From contig NMRA01000238.1 in the NCBI GenBank assembly GCA_002633005.1, forward strand, positions 310,001 through 374,000: DNA of 64,000 bases, written 5' to 3'. The position numbers were made by a program, and so were the translations under genes. The notes beneath the pieces are model-generated. The model had not been told where the DNA came from. It did no database searches and was given only the letters and a program-made list of their open reading frames with translations. This DNA is from Phoronis australis. Its lineage: Eukaryota > Animalia > Phoronida. Of the stretch, positions 1 through 12,687 are shown piece by piece (the first letter of the stretch is position 1; each line of letters starts with the position of its first letter).

Positions 1-169
1 TCCTCGAGTTATCAATTAGTTTTGTGTTTGAGAAAAGAAAGAAAGTGAAATTCCTCACCTAGTCATAAAATAGAAAATGGGATGATCTCATTCAAATATG
101 ATTGTAAAACTCGCTTTGGCCAGAATAACAAACCCCCTTTGAAAAAAAAACGATAACCTGGTCCCTCTG

Positions 170-420
170 CATAAAAAGTTATATGTTGGATAGTAACAAT
201 GACGTCGCATTGTCACGCTTTGTGTTGCCATTGTTGAACAACGTAATTGACGTCAAGCAAGAATAAAACTTATCCAACGGGATCCGGTTACATTAAAGTT
301 ATATACTGAATAACAGCAATGACGTCACATGATTATGTCACGTTGTTATTGTTGAATGATGTTTTTTACATATTGTGGCATTCAAACTTATCCACTGGAT
401 ACGTTTTAAGTTTAAAGTAA
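170..420. repeat. Degenerate ~121-bp tandem repeat, 2 copies
   Basis: aaagttatat...caatgacgtc...tgtcacg...attgttgaa...aaacttatcca..ggat recurs at 170 and 291. Confidence 0.75.
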
Positions 421-1136
421 CCCAGCCCTGAAAAATACAACAGTTAAACGTACGCGGCGATTTTGGGGGTGGAGGGTGTGGGTGTGTTACAAGAGTGCCA
501 GAACTCTGGAATTACATGTATTTCTGCCGATCAAAGTGACCCTGAGAATAAGGTAGTATCTGAAGGCCACGTGGTTCAACACGTACGTTGAACATGACGG
601 CGATTGGTCCCACAGATTGTTTCGAAAAAAGCCCGAAAGACACATTTCAGTAAAGAATTCGAAGTATTTTTAATGAAAAGCTTAGAACAACTGTTGAAGT
701 GTTGTTTAATATGAAATCCGTTAACTGTATTCTACATTGAGCATTTTAATCATGCCTCATTGTCACCAATTATGTCACAGTAATTTGTATCGTAACAGGA
801 ATTGTCTTCAACAGGTGTGTTTATTGAATTTGCTGCTCATCTTTCAATGCACCTGTGACTTAGTGGTAAAACGTACTTGTTAGCAAAAATCAAAAATGAA
901 AAAAGTTATTAACACGAGTCAGTTACTTCCGAAAATACTTTAATTTTATAGTTTGTGTACGTTTCGTTCGCCTCTACGGCGCAATGGCTACATCATCGCC
1001 GAGTACTTGGTCAAAGTTGTACCCTTGTTTCTAGACATCACCAGTTGAAAGTCCTGATTTCAGGTAACCCGTTCTTATTTTACCAATGCACGCGTTTGAG
1101 CTAGCTAAAAAGACAAAAAAAACGCTTGGCACAGGT

Positions 1137-1278
1137 TGCACTTGATTGACTATGCCGGTTCCGCAGGGTTAACTAGCTAAGATATCTGATTGGTCTGCAA
1201 GACGGAAGTCATCATCGAAAATCAATCAGATGCCTTATCTGGTTGACCCGGCGGAACCGGCGAAGTCAATCAAGCGCA
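1137..1278. repeat. Long inverted repeat (about 56-bp arms, ~30-nt loop), MITE-like or hairpin
   Basis: tgcacttgattgactatgccggttccgcagggttaactagctaagatatctgattg pairs with caatcagatgccttatctggttgacccggcggaaccggcgaagtcaatcaagcgca. Confidence 0.9.
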
Positions 1279-4063
1279 GCCAATGTGTCGATTCTTCTTG
1301 GTCTTTGTGTACTGTGATGTGAGATTTTATACTAATAGAATGTGTTAACAAATATAATAACACTTGATTAAATGCGGAGAGCATATGTACACTGCAGGCA
1401 AGTGGTTGACTTGCAGTTCTATTGTCGTGTGGAGCATACAGACAGAAATCATTGGAGTTGTACATTGACGACTACTCGTCAGCGATGAATTTAATGTTTA
1501 TGTAACAGGCTAGTTTAACAGACACGAACATAATGTTGTTAATTAGGAAGTCTAAAAACCATTATACAATAACGAGGTCTTAATACTAGTCAAGAACGTC
1601 TTCACCACACATCATTAGGCTAGTTGGAGTAAGTCGGCGTTAGTTGGCTATTGGAAATATTACGGGTCACAGTCATATTTATATTTTCCAGAAATAAATG
1701 TTATTTTAGACTGCGTTTAGCTACTTCTACGTCCCTTCATGGGAAATGGGTACTTTTACAAATCTCCATGTATGTATGCATAACCCAGGTTATGTTCCTA
1801 CTACCGCTATCATTACCGCCATTACTATTAAATATTATTTATTATTATTTATTTTGCTCCTAAAATAATATCAATAGATACCATAGCATTGTAGAAATCA
1901 TTTTTAGCAATACCAATGTATAACTGTTAGAAAATCATTTGCAAAATTTGGTGTCAAATTTGACAGCTCCTCTAAACTATTGACGCCATTGTTGCGTAAA
2001 GACTTCCATGTGAGAGTGTGGCTTTCTGCAATGACTACAGGAAATAATATTGTAACATTTCAGTGACCTCAGCCGTATGGATTCGATCCTTTCACAAAAA
2101 CAAAATGTGATCTAACTTCAGAGACACGTCAGTGCAGTAGACCAGACCTGCGTTTCTTAGACACAAGAAACTCGCTAGAACGCAAGATCCCGTAAGACTT
2201 AGAGAGATATCACCATGTGTTCCGAGCGACGCACGGGTCACACTAGTTTTGTTCCCGAAATCCGTGCGTTTACAGAACACAGACGGGATATGGGGCTGAG
2301 TCATGGTATTCAACAGACGATGTCTCCTTTTTTCTGTGTTGTAAAAAAACAGTGACTTTTAGAAAAGTGGTAAACCTGTTTTCTGATCATCCATGGTCAC
2401 TTCAGGCAATATTTCGTAACGTGTGGAAATGTTTGACATGTTCACGGTGGTCTGTCACTCATGAATCCTGATTTAAGTCATAGCGTTAGTTGGACATTAC
2501 ACTCAAAATGCATGCATATAACGCGATATACCTGTTAGCCCGACGGTTGGAACGATTCACAGGTGGGGTGCTATACACATCCACCCGTATTTTAACAGCA
2601 AATGCGGAAAAGCACAAACAAAACTCAAACTACGGCGAAGGTTCACTAACCAGTTCAGGGCTAATTGTTTTGAAACAAAATTAATAGCGAGGATTTTTAG
2701 TCTGCTCAGAAAAATCAAATTATTACGCGTTCTTATAGTAATCTTGTTTTTGAATTTCAGAATTTCAATCAGAAGAATGAAATTAGCTTTTTAGCGTATC
2801 AAAACCTTTAACATATTATTTTACAACAATGTTTGTTTCAATCGTCTTCAATGAAAGCAATGCGATGAATGAAATTTACCTGAAAATAATAAAGCCAACG
2901 AACAGTTTCAATTAAAAATTATGAAATATTTTTCCCTTTAGCATTAATCAGTAGTTTGAGAGAAGTCGGAATAGAATTTCGAAAGAAGCGCGCTCAAATG
3001 TCATTAGTGAACGACATTAGCAAACTAAAACCCTGTCAGTTTGATTTCAGGTTGTTCATTTTGAACTTGAAAATCAAAAAGCCCCTTCATCGCTATATCC
3101 AAAGGTTGACCCCCATGCATTGAGAATCGGCTGTGTTGATAACCACCACAGAAGATTTACACTGGTATTTGAGAAAGCGTCCAATTTCCGTACCAACGGG
3201 ACGGCATTCTTGAATGTCTATTAAATGTAGTCGCAACACAGGTTTGAATTATATTTTGGAACTAGGGTCATACAATAAGACATATGCCTGCATAGTGCGT
3301 TCTTACCTTAACAAGCGCCTCTTTAAGTCTACCTGGTCAAATCTTCCATGTTTTTATTTTCACACAAGTCCATCATTTATAAATATGTCTAATTATCTGC
3401 TCTGCACCGTTTATATGCTAAATCATATCTGGACTAGTTCACTGCTCTTCAGGGGTAAGCACTCGATCGATACATATAGCAAACTGTTCTTATTTGTAGC
3501 GACTTTTGCGTTGCACAGACTGTTTTACTAAACAAGCGATCACTTAAACTCAATTAAAGAAAAATGGACGGAAATGTCTGTCGAAGATATTCACCGGTTT
3601 ATATATTGTTACGAAAAGTAGCAAATTACATCGATATGTCAATAGGTCAAGCCTGTCTACATTCGATATAAATACGTTGCAATGCTGTGTTTGCGTGTAA
3701 AAAGGATTCTTAACGCTGTTTTGGTGATTTCAACCAATCCTGGCGTCCTTGATTGATAAAGGAAGGATTGAAATAAAACCTCCTACTCTTTATGTCGCAG
3801 GTTGGTTATTATAGTTCTTGGCGGGTGGTCTTTCCTCAGAGTTACCGTGCAACTCTCGTAAGCGTAGGTCACGCTTACCCAATTTAGCAGATTTTGAAAG
3901 GAATTTTCAAATTTTGTCCACCACTTTTGAGGGTTGTCGAGGGCTCCAGAACAATATTTTGTTTCAGTGAGCTGGATGGGTAGGTCATTTTTAATATCTG
4001 CTACTAGGCCAAAACCGGGTTTGGTATCCTTTTAACTTTCATTGGGGTTAGTCAGTGAAATAA

Positions 4064-4265
4064 ACTACTGTGAGCCGCTACTATGTGTCCCTACTGTGTG
4101 TCGCCATTACCGTGTGCCGTCACACTACCGTGTGCCGACATTGCCTTGTGCCACCACTACCGTGTGCCGCCACTGCCGTGGGCCGCCACCGTACCGTGTG
4201 CTGCCACTGTCGTGTGCCACCACAACCGCATCAGTGCCGCCACTTTGTGCCACTAATGTGTGCCG
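4064..4265. repeat. Degenerate GC-rich ~16-bp minisatellite (actaccgtgtgccgcc), about 12 copies
   Basis: Periodicity directly visible; explains the Cys/His/Arg-rich spurious ORFs here. Confidence 0.92.
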
Positions 4266-5467
4266 AGGTGGCAATGGTTAAAACTAGAATGTTTGGTTGT
4301 AACGGCGGTAATTTTATGCACCAAGCATGGCGTAAAGAAATATCAAACTATCATTTCGGAAACTGCTTTTCGTCTGAATAAGGAACAAGTTGATGTCAAT
4401 TTCATAGAGATAAGAGGTCGAAATCAATTTCTAGTTTCATTGACGGAGCGTTGCTTCATAATGTTTCTTTAATGAATAAAAGTACAAGGACACTCAAAGG
4501 ATAACGTGTGGCACACTATCTACTTTCTGAGCACAATAATATGGTGAAAATAATGTTTTTACAAATGTTTAACGAATGTTATTAATATCAAATGCAAAGC
4601 ATTACAAAGACCAAAGAGTGTATATGACGATCGATTCAAAATTGTATTATTTTGGTACAATTCGTATAGAGGACAACGGTTTTAAATGCAATTACCTTCG
4701 AATAAGCACTAACACACCACTTTACGACTGGGGCTAGGATTTGCTCCATTAAATAGAGTATTCCAGAGGAGTTGCATTGTCAAAGAGTCTGCAAATCTAA
4801 TATTACTATTTCTGTGTTCGCAGCGCCAACTATCGTACAACTTTGAAAAGCGACCGGTGTTGTGTTAATTAACCGCTGTCACTTCCACTCCGAACAATGA
4901 GACTTCCTTACTAATTAGCTGTCATAGTCTGAAGTCTTGATCGGGTATTCTTGGTAAGCGACGGTAGGCAAAGAGCACTGGGAATTTCAAACCCACTTCC
5001 TGGTCTGCGCATACCTCATTTTCTTGGAAGAATAGGAAAGCAAACAACCTCTTCCTTTCCGGAAAATCACTGTCACAATGGGCGTGACCAACGCGTCAAT
5101 CACACCGGCACAGCACGACTCGAAATACAAAACTGCCTTTCACTCCCTAGTTTTAAACAGTTTGGCTTATGGCGTCAGCGATTTATTGTTGGTTTACTCG
5201 AAAGATGCATGAATTAAAAAGTTGATGTTATGTACTTTTAGGAACGTGCAATAGTAAAAACTGAAAGTTGTATTTCAAGAATTTTCAAAGTTAAACATAC
5301 TATTCCGACAAAATTGGCAATCAGGAAGTTTAATGTAATTAATCAAAATCAATGTTTGTAATTTCTCGACAATTTATCAAAAACCACGATTCTTATAATT
5401 TTGGTAACTTTGACATTGCTGTAACGTTTATCACATAAGGAGTTCGGCAACTGACGTCAAATAATTC

Positions 5468-5509
5468 TCGTGCAGTGGTCGTGCAGTGGTCGTGCAGTGG
5501 TCGTGTAGT
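5468..5509. repeat. 11-bp tandem repeat (tcgtgcagtgg), about 3.8 copies
   Basis: Seen directly. Confidence 0.9.
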
Positions 5510-7295
5510 ATGTTTTGTGAATAAAGCATGGAGATCAGCCTTTGCCGAGCCTTCAAACCCAGCGGTCGCAGTGAAACGCTCTGCTGACGGAACTAAATCA
5601 CAGTCAATAAGTCCTAAAGCCACCCTCCTTGATTTGTACATTTCAGCAAATGTCTGGCAGACAACGGCAATAACTTGCGATTTGTAATAACATCACACAT
5701 ACATAACGAATTTTCCTAAGCTCTTGCCAACGCTAGTAACTTCAAGAGATCCATTCCATCTAACAAGCATGAGTTTTCTGTCGTAAAACCAATAATGGCT
5801 CTCTTGACTGATTCGACTTCAGTATTTGAAAGATTATGAAATGTAATAAGTTCTGATGGTACTTAATCTCAGTTTTTTGTGCACTTGTGATGCAATTCAA
5901 TTTTCAGTCAGAACAAAATTCAAACAGTAAATAAGAGAACGAGAAAACACCCAATGATCGCATACCTCCCATGGTAGCAGCGAGGGAAAGTTCCAGAAAG
6001 AAAATGTACATTTGTAAATATGCCGTCACAAAATTGTCAGTTTTTACACAATTTTTTGAAAAGACTAAGCGGAAACTAAACCGTCACCAAAGTAGTACAG
6101 AACAATAACATTTACATTTTTTGTAGTTGTACGATAAACACTGTTTCGTTGCCTTTATTTGTAATTTAGTACTTTGAATTGGCAATAAAGATAAACAGAA
6201 GAGACATCTTAAGGTAAACGGAGACATTCGGATTATAAAGTTTTAATATCACATAATTCGAAACAACTTGTCAAAAAGATCAAACGGGAAATGTACCAAA
6301 ACCCGTGTTTTCCATTATGCACCAGTCACAGTTTACAGTCGCGTTGTCTACACGTATCCCAATTGAAATTTTAAAGTTTTAGACAAAACGCACCCTTTAA
6401 TGTACCTGTCTCAATATAAAGTTTGAGCTATGACATGGTGACAGTTGATGAACAAGAAAACGTACTTTCAAGAAAATGTTCTCATTGGACATTGTCGAAT
6501 ATTTTTTTCTTGTTGAATAGTTTTTTTTCTCGGCACGTGGAGCGCTGTTAAGCTCGAATACCGCAGATATCGATTTGTTAAAATGGCAATTAGCACGAAA
6601 AAGCAACTTACGTCCGTCGTTAAAAATTGTTATTAAGCTAATAAGGTTAACTGCAATGGTGAAAAAGTGTTCCGACTGCGTCAATGAAAACTGTTGTATT
6701 GTTTCGATCACTTTACACCTGCATAGTTTCAGGCTAACAGGCGACGAGAAAGCGAAAAACAACCGTTGTGAAGTCGCTGATAAACGGCTGGGAATTGAGT
6801 TATATGAAGAGACTCTTCTTATGGGTTGCATTTGTCGCACTTAAATTCGTGAATAGATTCAATTCTGCAGAATTCATTGCGTGTTAACCTGTATAAGCAA
6901 TAACCAGATCTCATGGGGACGTATTTGTAGCAAATTGTTGGTCCGTTGTGTTTTAAATACTGTTAAGGGGCAAGTCGTGGCAGGAGTGCTGGCATTGAAA
7001 CGAATATTTATACAGAAATAAGGTTTCATTAACAAACACAGTGATGCCTGTGATATAGCGGATTACATTTTGAAAAATGTTCATGTTCACAGTCTGAATA
7101 CATTTAAATAAATTTCTTTGCACGTTATTTGTATGGCCACCCATGAGCCAGAATAGATCGTAGCGCCCTAGTCTCCGATACGGTACTAGTCCAAGCGATA
7201 TCGCACAACGATCTCAAACTGGCAAGATACTAGCTTTCCGGAACGCAGACCGGCATCGCCTGCAGCGGACAACAAGATACAAACTGTCAACTAGT

Positions 7296-8612
7296 TTATA
7301 CATACTGGTCTAAAGAATCTAAGAAACCAGTGAGTTTGAAATCGGCGGGAATCTCCCTGTCTATTCCGAACCGATTATACCACAGCATCTCTCGCTGTAC
7401 CTGTTCTTTTGTTGGGGTTTTGGCGGGAGTTTTGGGTGGTGGCGTTACACGTCGGGTTCCAACCACAACTTCCTTCATTCCATGATAAGTTCTGTAAGCG
7501 ATAGACTTACGACGTTTATTGTCGGCTTCTCTCTTCATTCTTTTGTTGCATACCAGACAATACGGCGAATTTTCAGCATCAAAATGCTCGCACGATTCAT
7601 GATGGTAACCGACGGTGTTGCAACTGGAGCATCTGTCAGTCGACTTGCAGCTAGGCGTCTCACATTGGCACCAACTAGAGTTGCGCGACGTCTTTCGACG
7701 CCGTTTGGTAGGAGATTTGTCGTCCTCTTCAGTGACTGATTCATCCGACTCTACCTGATCATAATCATCGTCATCGCTGTAATACTCCGGAGAGACGAAA
7801 TACTGCGACCGATTTCTTTCCAAATCAAATTTCACCTGTCTTCCCTTGCTCACTTTGGTTGGCGATTCGTTTTCCCCGCCAGCCGTCTGGATACTGTTTA
7901 GCAAATTAGCGCGACTTATTTTCTGTTCTTTTAAATACTTTAGCGCAAACGCCGGCGTAGTAGCAGCACTGAATTGACTGGAAATTTCACGTGGAGTCAT
8001 CGTGGTTTGTGTTTGTTCGCGCCACATCGTCGAATTCCTGGACATTCCGAAATCCAGTTCGCTTTCAAATTCATCTCCGTCATCAAATCTGACCGATGGC
8101 TGGCGAGAAAATGTTGAAAATCCGGACTTCACTTCAGCTTCTGTCGTGCTGCTCAATAACTGGTCGCCAACTACATTAAAACCGTCCAGCTGCATCGCGA
8201 CATTTCCTGGTCTGAATTTCCGCAAATTCGGAAGTCGCCAAAGTTTCTTGAAGCTGCCGTTTGTCATTGTTCTGTTCCCAAGAGTGATGGGAGACGACGA
8301 GTCGTTGTTTGACCTAAATGCTCCATTCAGATGTAGCTCTTCTTCACCAAAGTAAGATCCTTTCCGTCCATAACCGCGGGCGTCAATGCCTCTCAGGTTC
8401 ATACCTCCAACGTTGACATAAAGAGTTTTGTCGTAAGTTATGTTTTGCTCCAAAAGACGGCGATAACGTCGTTGTTCCCTCAAGAGATCGTGCTCGGCTC
8501 GCACCTGTAAAAGTTCTTTCGATGTCCTGCCGAGAATGGTGGAACAAAAGTAGCACTGTAGTTTACTGCAAATCTTCGTAGGATGATGTTTCAACGGGTA
8601 TTTTCTGGTGAC
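7296..8612 (-). CDS. Uncharacterised gene, large terminal coding exon
   Basis: 1317-bp open frame, richer in GC than its flanks; the 432-aa ORF extends upstream to an AG acceptor. Confidence 0.85.
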   Translation of the reverse strand, partial: VTRKYPLKHHPTKICSKLQCYFCSTILGRTSKELLQVRAEHDLLREQRRYRRLLEQNITYDKTLYVNVGGMNLRGIDARGYGRKGSYFGEEELHLNGAFRSNNDSSSPITLGNRTMTNGSFKKLWRLPNLRKFRPGNVAMQLDGFNVVGDQLLSSTTEAEVKSGFSTFSRQPSVRFDDGDEFESELDFGMSRNSTMWREQTQTTMTPREISSQFSAATTPAFALKYLKEQKISRANLLNSIQTAGGENESPTKVSKGRQVKFDLERNRSQYFVSPEYYSDDDDYDQVESDESVTEEDDKSPTKRRRKTSRNSSWCQCETPSCKSTDRCSSCNTVGYHHESCEHFDAENSPYCLVCNKRMKREADNKRRKSIAYRTYHGMKEVVVGTRRVTPPPKTPAKTPTKEQVQREMLWYNRFGIDREIPADFKLTGFLDSLDQYV

Positions 8613-11600
8613 CTAAAATTGGAAAGTCGCACATAAGTAACTGTAGATCAGTTCACAACAGAGGTAGATGATTGCAAAACTGGGACATTTTGGAAAAGAG
8701 ACAAAATTTCAATTGCATCATTTTTATCTACTGAGGACTGTTAGGAAACGGAGGATGGGGGAGGCGACCGTGGTGAGCGACACAGGCGCAGGGCCGTTGG
8801 TAGAGGATAGTCTGGAAAAGAAAGATACATAGAAACATGAAGACGAAAAAAATTAACAGAGCATTTGTCGACTGCCAGTGCTCGATTTGCCCTTTGGGGG
8901 GGCTCTTGCCCCAGTTTTCTGTAGCGTTATACAGGTCGTTGTTTAAAAGCACTTCAAAACGTGCACTTAATCATGATACATGCAAGAAAACTTGTTCTAA
9001 ACAAATTTTCCAGGACAAACTGAAGGCCTGATTTTTAAAGTCAAGAAGACAAATTTAGGGAATACAAGACTGTATTTTTCTAGGGGCCCCTCTCTGGCAA
9101 GAGATAACGTCGCTCTCGATTCGTTTTTTGTCGTTGAAATTATACATCGCTTGATATAAACTGGCTGGGAGCATGACAGAGAGGAGACCTTCTTCAGCTT
9201 TTATTAATATCCTATCTTTTTGAGGCGCCACTGACGGACGGTGCCCTAGTTATGGCATCGATTGCCTCTCTTATCTTGTTTGATGTAAAATCGTACAACA
9301 TTTTTTGACAAGAAAGGTCACCTCCAGTCTTAGCGGTCTCCCGGTGATGCAATGAGCTGTCATACTTCTCCTTTGTATGATAAAGACTTGTCGAACTCTT
9401 TTTGAGCCACGGCTTGTGCTAATTGCACGTTTCCCCCCATATAAATCCGGTCAAGTCCATTTTTCACGGAGGGCAGTGGATAAAATTTTAAATTTTACAA
9501 ATTAAAAGAATCCCACATCATCTCCATACTAAAAGTCAAAATCATATCCTAAACGCATTACTTGCTTTACGTGTTCAGATCTAAATAGTGACCCTTTTTG
9601 TTGAAACATGGGTAGGCCCATCAGAGTTTCTGGTGGCTGCCTATCACGGAGTTTGTCCCCAAGCAGGAAAATCCGTACGCATTTGGGTGTACAAACATGG
9701 CGACGACATGGCTGTGAGGAAGTAGTGGCGATACAGAGAAATATGAAATTTGGCACCATGTGGGGGAAAAGTGTGATGAAGTCGAATAACTTTGTGCTTC
9801 CCCCAATATTGTTCACCGTCCTAGGGGTCTGCATCACGATTAGATAACCGCGTCTCAAATCTTCCGTACATATGCAAATACGCAACAAAGTTAAAATCCG
9901 AAATTTAAAGAACATGGGGAATAAATAAGTTTGTAATGGCAATGAAACTGGTCAGAAATGTAATCTGTTTCACTCGATTTATAATTAAGTCGTGAAAATT
10001 TAGAACACAGTAACTCGCGTAGTAGCGTTGCATACCTGAGACTTTGGTCAACTTTTTCGATCGTAAAATCTCTCCCTACGTTTAAAGAAGATGTGCCTAA
10101 AACGTTTTATAGTCTGCAGTTTTTTCAGTAGTCGTTACAAAACTTACTGTCTCAAGAAAAGAATCACATTGAAAACTGTTGAGGTTTCATTGAAAAGTTT
10201 AAATGCGAGTTACATTGTAATGTAATGTTATCTGAACGACTTCTTATAGAAAATTAATTAAGGGCAACACAACCACTGTCAGCAGGCCAAAATACAAACC
10301 TGACGCTTTTCTAATTTGTCAGTCTATGCCATAAACATCACAAGATTAAGATGTCTATGGTCTATGCACTTTTTAATGTAATCATGCTATAGAGCATGCG
10401 CACGGAGCACAGGCATAAAGGGTGCTGTTGCGGCTGCTTACGTCACACAGCGAGTGTAAGTTCTCGGTTAATGAACATTAGCATGGCCATCGGCTTTCAT
10501 TCACAAGTTTCTATTGAGTAACTTAATGAAAACCGAAGCTTAAATGCGGACCTTCATGATCCACTCTTGAATGAACGCACCGCTACTTTATTAGCCTATA
10601 ACTATAACTAACTGACTTGTTAACCTTGCCCTAACTGGTGTTACGAATGAGGGACACTCTGAGTCCAACTGATAGGTATAGTGATCACGGGAAAGAATGC
10701 CATTTCATATACAATGAAGACACTGTTTGCGTAGTTGTAATATCGAGGATGTGAGAAATGAACTGTTGAAAACTTGTATTCTATTTTAACAAGAGTATAT
10801 AACCGAACAACAAGCAAAAATTTAATTCTGACTTTCCGAGCCCTTTTAGCCCAGCCACAGAACTCTAAGCAGTTCTATGACCCAGCTTAGGACAGGAAGT
10901 ATTGCTCTACACATGGAAACTGGCGGCTATGTACACGCTCCAGTATATAATAGATAAAAGGTTATGTATACGTTGTAATTCAAACTCAGTTGAAGGTGAT
11001 ATGAGCCACATTTTATGTTTGATTCACTTTGAACAAAGAAGAGTAGACGCCATTCATTACTTTAGCATTTCCCGAAACAGTCGACGTACGAGTGAAGACG
11101 TAGTTATGTGTACATTTGATTTGTTAACTGTTATTATATCTCATACTGAAGCGAAAATATACCCAATTCAGTTTGGGTACGGAATGCTGTTACCATTCAC
11201 GTGTGTTTGGTATGAAAGAACAATGCACTTGTGGCCTGGAAACGATTGTTTGCCAGCAACTTCCCATCTTGAAAAGCCTTGCTGTCTTGATAATAATTGC
11301 TACATGTAGGTGGAAAGTTTTTAGTAATTTTGGGCACGACTTTATAAACACTTCTATCCTTGATTCAGGGCCGCTATTTACGTGTAGGACCTACTCGAGA
11401 AATCTGTGCTTTCAGCCAACTATCTACATAAGTATTGATTTTAACTTCTTAGAAGTTGATTCTTGACTTTATTCCAATATGCCATTAATTGGGTTCCGTG
11501 ACTACGTCTTTTTAGTACGATATAGCAAAAAGAAAAGTAAATTCATAGGAAAATAATGGTTTCGGCAACGTGACCAAATTTCGTACGATATCAGCATTCA

Positions 11601-12687
11601 AGGTGGAATCTCAAAAATGCTGTTACAAATTTCTTAACCATAGTTTCGTTTTCGTTTTATGTTCTTTATGCAAATGTGGGACATTTTGAAAATAATTCCT
11701 GAGAGCGATTTGAAGAATAATGCATAAAGAATAACATCTGAAAGTTTCATGAAAATCTAACCAGTTATTTCTGATATATGATGTTTCGGAATTGGCCTAA
11801 ATAAATTTGGACTTTTTCTGGGGTCTTAAATAACCTTACGGTAATTCTTCACCTATTTAGAGTAATTTTACTTTATGGAATTTCTCCACAGAAATAGACT
11901 TAAAAAATCTACTTGATCAGTACCATGTGTTGTATTGTGTAGATGCCATAAAGAAATATGTATATGAGGTAAATGTTCCCATTATTTTCAGCAAAGTTAT
12001 TCAGACTAAAAAATGGGAAAATATCAATTTTTGGTATTTTTGTGCAAAATAAGAGGAGAATTGCCACAAGCAATAATATATGATTGGTGGATGCAAGCCA
12101 TAGTTTCAATGCTTGGAAGATTTTAGTGACGAGAACAATTCTGCAATTGCTGCGCAGCCAAAGAGGGATGTTACTTAAAAACATTTTCGTGCTGAAAAGA
12201 GATCAGGCAAAGGAATACAAAAACGACCGATTTTGTTTCTTTATAGTGCTGGTGCAAGCTGACAACTTAAAGAAGTTTATCCCGTCACACAGTGATCCCC
12301 AAAACGCGTTTTTCGTTCGGTCCCAAAAAAACAGTAATGTCTCTTTATAACATGCGATTTTATTGTTTATTTTCTCAAGATAAAAATTAAAAACTCCCGT
12401 TACATTTCATTTTAAAAAGCACCGATAATTCGATGAAACACTCTTACGCCGATTAAAATGGGAAAAACTTCATTTCATGAATTCAAATATCGAAAACTTC
12501 AGACTAGTTGATCTATATTTGATTAATGGTAACCGCTCTCTATACGCTATAGCTCTACTCTACTCTACATATCCTTCTTTGTGCAATAGAAACTTACTTT
12601 AGTTGTGTCTTGCTTTGATCCCATCAAGGCAGCAATGCGTCGCTGCTCTTTACGAATGGCAGTCAAATCCAGAGGTTGCATCGGCAT
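7296..12687 (-). CDS. Uncharacterised ~468-aa protein, two coding exons (12598-12687 and 7296-8612), with Cys/His clusters and an acidic/basic low-complexity middle
   Basis: Exon 1 runs from aaacATG (12687) through MPMQPLDLTAIRKEQRRIAALMGSKQDTTK to AAA|gtaagt, phase 0. Exon 2 starts at ttttag|GTC (8612), phase 0, and stays open for 438 codons to TAA at 7296. No family recognised. Confidence 0.75.
12598..12687 (-). CDS. Uncharacterised gene, coding exon 1 (30 codons)
   Basis: ATG in good context; consensus gtaagt donor whose phase matches the 8612 acceptor. Confidence 0.65.

Noticed and set aside
2064-2303. MITE with tgac(c)tcagcc terminal inverted repeats
   Set aside because: The match is only about 11 bp, imperfect and lacks a target-site duplication
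4042-4381. Cys/His-rich ORFs resembling metallothionein
   Set aside because: They are translations of the 16-bp minisatellite, with no splice or start support
7482-8355. ORFs 7482-7739, 7535-7744 and 8002-8355
   Set aside because: Antisense or off-frame shadows of the real - strand exon
9366-9440. Alternative first exon MGGNVQLAQAV...KGE|gtatga for the orphan gene
   Set aside because: Phase fits, but the donor and start context are weaker than at 12598-12687 and there is no other support
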